A stretch of 64,000 nucleotides of DNA from Alphaproteobacteria bacterium (GTDB lineage: Bacteria; Pseudomonadota; Alphaproteobacteria; Bin95). Both the position numbers and the translations under genes were made by a program. Position 1 is the stretch's first letter. Each line of letters opens with the position of its first letter. The DNA lies in assembly GCA_963665325.3 (NCBI GenBank), contig CAXXWS020000004.1:160001-224000 (forward strand). Reading direction: 5' to 3'. The notes below the pieces were generated by a model, which saw nothing but the letters and a program-made list of their open reading frames with translations, was not told the origin of the DNA and did no database searches. Below are positions 62,834 to 64,000 of the stretch, piece after piece.

Positions 62834-64000
62834 TTACTGGCGGCTCGCATCCGCTTTCAGCAGTTCCACCACGGTGTCGCGGTAGCCCTGGAACCAGTCG
62901 GTGGTCGGCACGAAGTTGGCGCCCTGGACCTGGAAGATGCGCACCCAGCCGCCGCCTTCATGGTCGAAGCCGGTTATCTCCATCGGTGGAACCAGGCCGC
63001 CCAGCGTGAAGCCCTCGATCTGCTCCATGCCATTCTTCACGTCCTCACCGACGATGTCGCCGGAGCCCTTGGCCTTGATCGCATTCTCGATGGCCTTGAG
63101 ATGGATGGCCGCCACGAAAACGCCGCGGTTGTAATAGACCGTCGAGGCCATCGCATCCGGCGCGTCCTTGCCCTGGGCCTTGTACATGGCGCGGATATCG
63201 TCGAGCACCGGGTAGTCGCTGCCGACGCCGGCGAACTGCATCGCCGAATAGCCCTCGACCCGGTCGAAGCCGCCTGCCGCCGCGATATCCGCCTCGCCGC
63301 CGGCCCACACGAAGCCGAGCACCTTCTCGAGCGGATAGCCGGCGCGTTTGAACTCCTTCATCGACACCGACGGCGCCCGCCCGAACAGGTGGGACAGCAC
63401 GAAGTCCGCACGATAGCGGCGCGTGATGTCGAGCACCTGCGCGGACATCTCGATGCCGGGAGGCGGCACGGCGAATTCCTTCAGCTCGTAGCCGAGCTCG
63501 TCGCGCAGCTTGTGCAGCACGGGCAACGGCTCGCGGCCCGCCGGGTTGTCATAGTAGATGTAGGCGATCTTCTTGCCCTTGAGGTCCCCGCCGAGCTGCG
63601 TGCGGACATATTCGAGCCCTGCCGCCGCCTGGCTCCAGTAGGAAGCCGCGATCGGGAAGATATAGGGGAACTTCTCGCCATTGGCCGCCGCGGCGGTGCC
63701 GAAGCCCGGAGACGTGCCCGGGATCTTGTCTTCGGTCAGCTTCTGCGTCAGCGCTTGCGTGTGCGGCGTGCCGTAGAGGCCGATCAGGACGGCGCCTTCC
63801 TTCTTGTGCAGCGCATAAGCCTCGACGCCCGCCGGGACCTTGTACTCATGGTCGATCTCGATAGGCTTGATCGTGTGCCCCTCGATACCGCCCCTGGAGT
63901 TCACGAGGCTCACATAGTCGTGGTAGCCGGGGCACAGGAACGTGCCCACGGTCTGCGTCGGGCCGGTGCGGTCGCACTGCAGGCCGATGACGATCTCGGC
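62834..64000 (-). CDS. Branched-chain-type ABC substrate-binding protein (5' end outside window)
   Basis: ...DRTGPTQ...YVSLVNSRGGIEG...D..Y...FPIAASYWSQ; open frame runs to the window edge. Confidence 0.85.
   Translation of the reverse strand, partial: AEIVIGLQCDRTGPTQTVGTFLCPGYHDYVSLVNSRGGIEGHTIKPIEIDHEYKVPAGVEAYALHKKEGAVLIGLYGTPHTQALTQKLTEDKIPGTSPGFGTAAAANGEKFPYIFPIAASYWSQAAAGLEYVRTQLGGDLKGKKIAYIYYDNPAGREPLPVLHKLRDELGYELKEFAVPPPGIEMSAQVLDITRRYRADFVLSHLFGRAPSVSMKEFKRAGYPLEKVLGFVWAGGEADIAAAGGFDRVEGYSAMQFAGVGSDYPVLDDIRAMYKAQGKDAPDAMASTVYYNRGVFVAAIHLKAIENAIKAKGSGDIVGEDVKNGMEQIEGFTLGGLVPPMEITGFDHEGGGWVRIFQVQGANFVPTTDWFQGYRDTVVELLKADASRQ

Overview
GC-rich alphaproteobacterial chromosome segment. 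The taxon is inferred from the lpxC-bamD-recN-ligA and dapD-dapE gene order, the 41-aa Cys-less L36 and alpha-type palindromic repeats. The FN3/LRR/cadherin giant protein, TauD, many ABC importers and IS debris suggest a host-associated, possibly sponge-type, symbiont (inference only). Bases 1-33.1 kb are accessory. They hold the right end of a Mu-like transposon (transposase, ExeA-type ATPase, RepA/AAA_25 helicase) that truncates a >2380-aa surface protein, two damaged orphan LuxR-type regulators, IS21/IS481/IS630/IS6 and integrase remnants, and a catabolic block (polyamine-type ABC, hydantoinase A/B, Opp-type ABC, isochorismatase-family amidohydrolase, amidase). Bases 33.3-64 kb are mostly housekeeping and metabolic genes, including tRNA-Sec. 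The most striking observation is an apparently undescribed dispersed element present twice, at about 34.8-36.14 kb (+, just after tRNA-Sec) and about 43.14-43.52 kb (-). Both copies have a conserved promoter, a 230-290 nt leader with conserved hairpins and a long-range helix showing compensatory changes, an RBS plus ORF, and a terminal triple CATGAC repeat at exactly 10-bp period. Copy A encodes an orphan small-terminase-like protein; copy B encodes only 20 aa and looks internally deleted. All calls come from reading motifs; no database searches were run.
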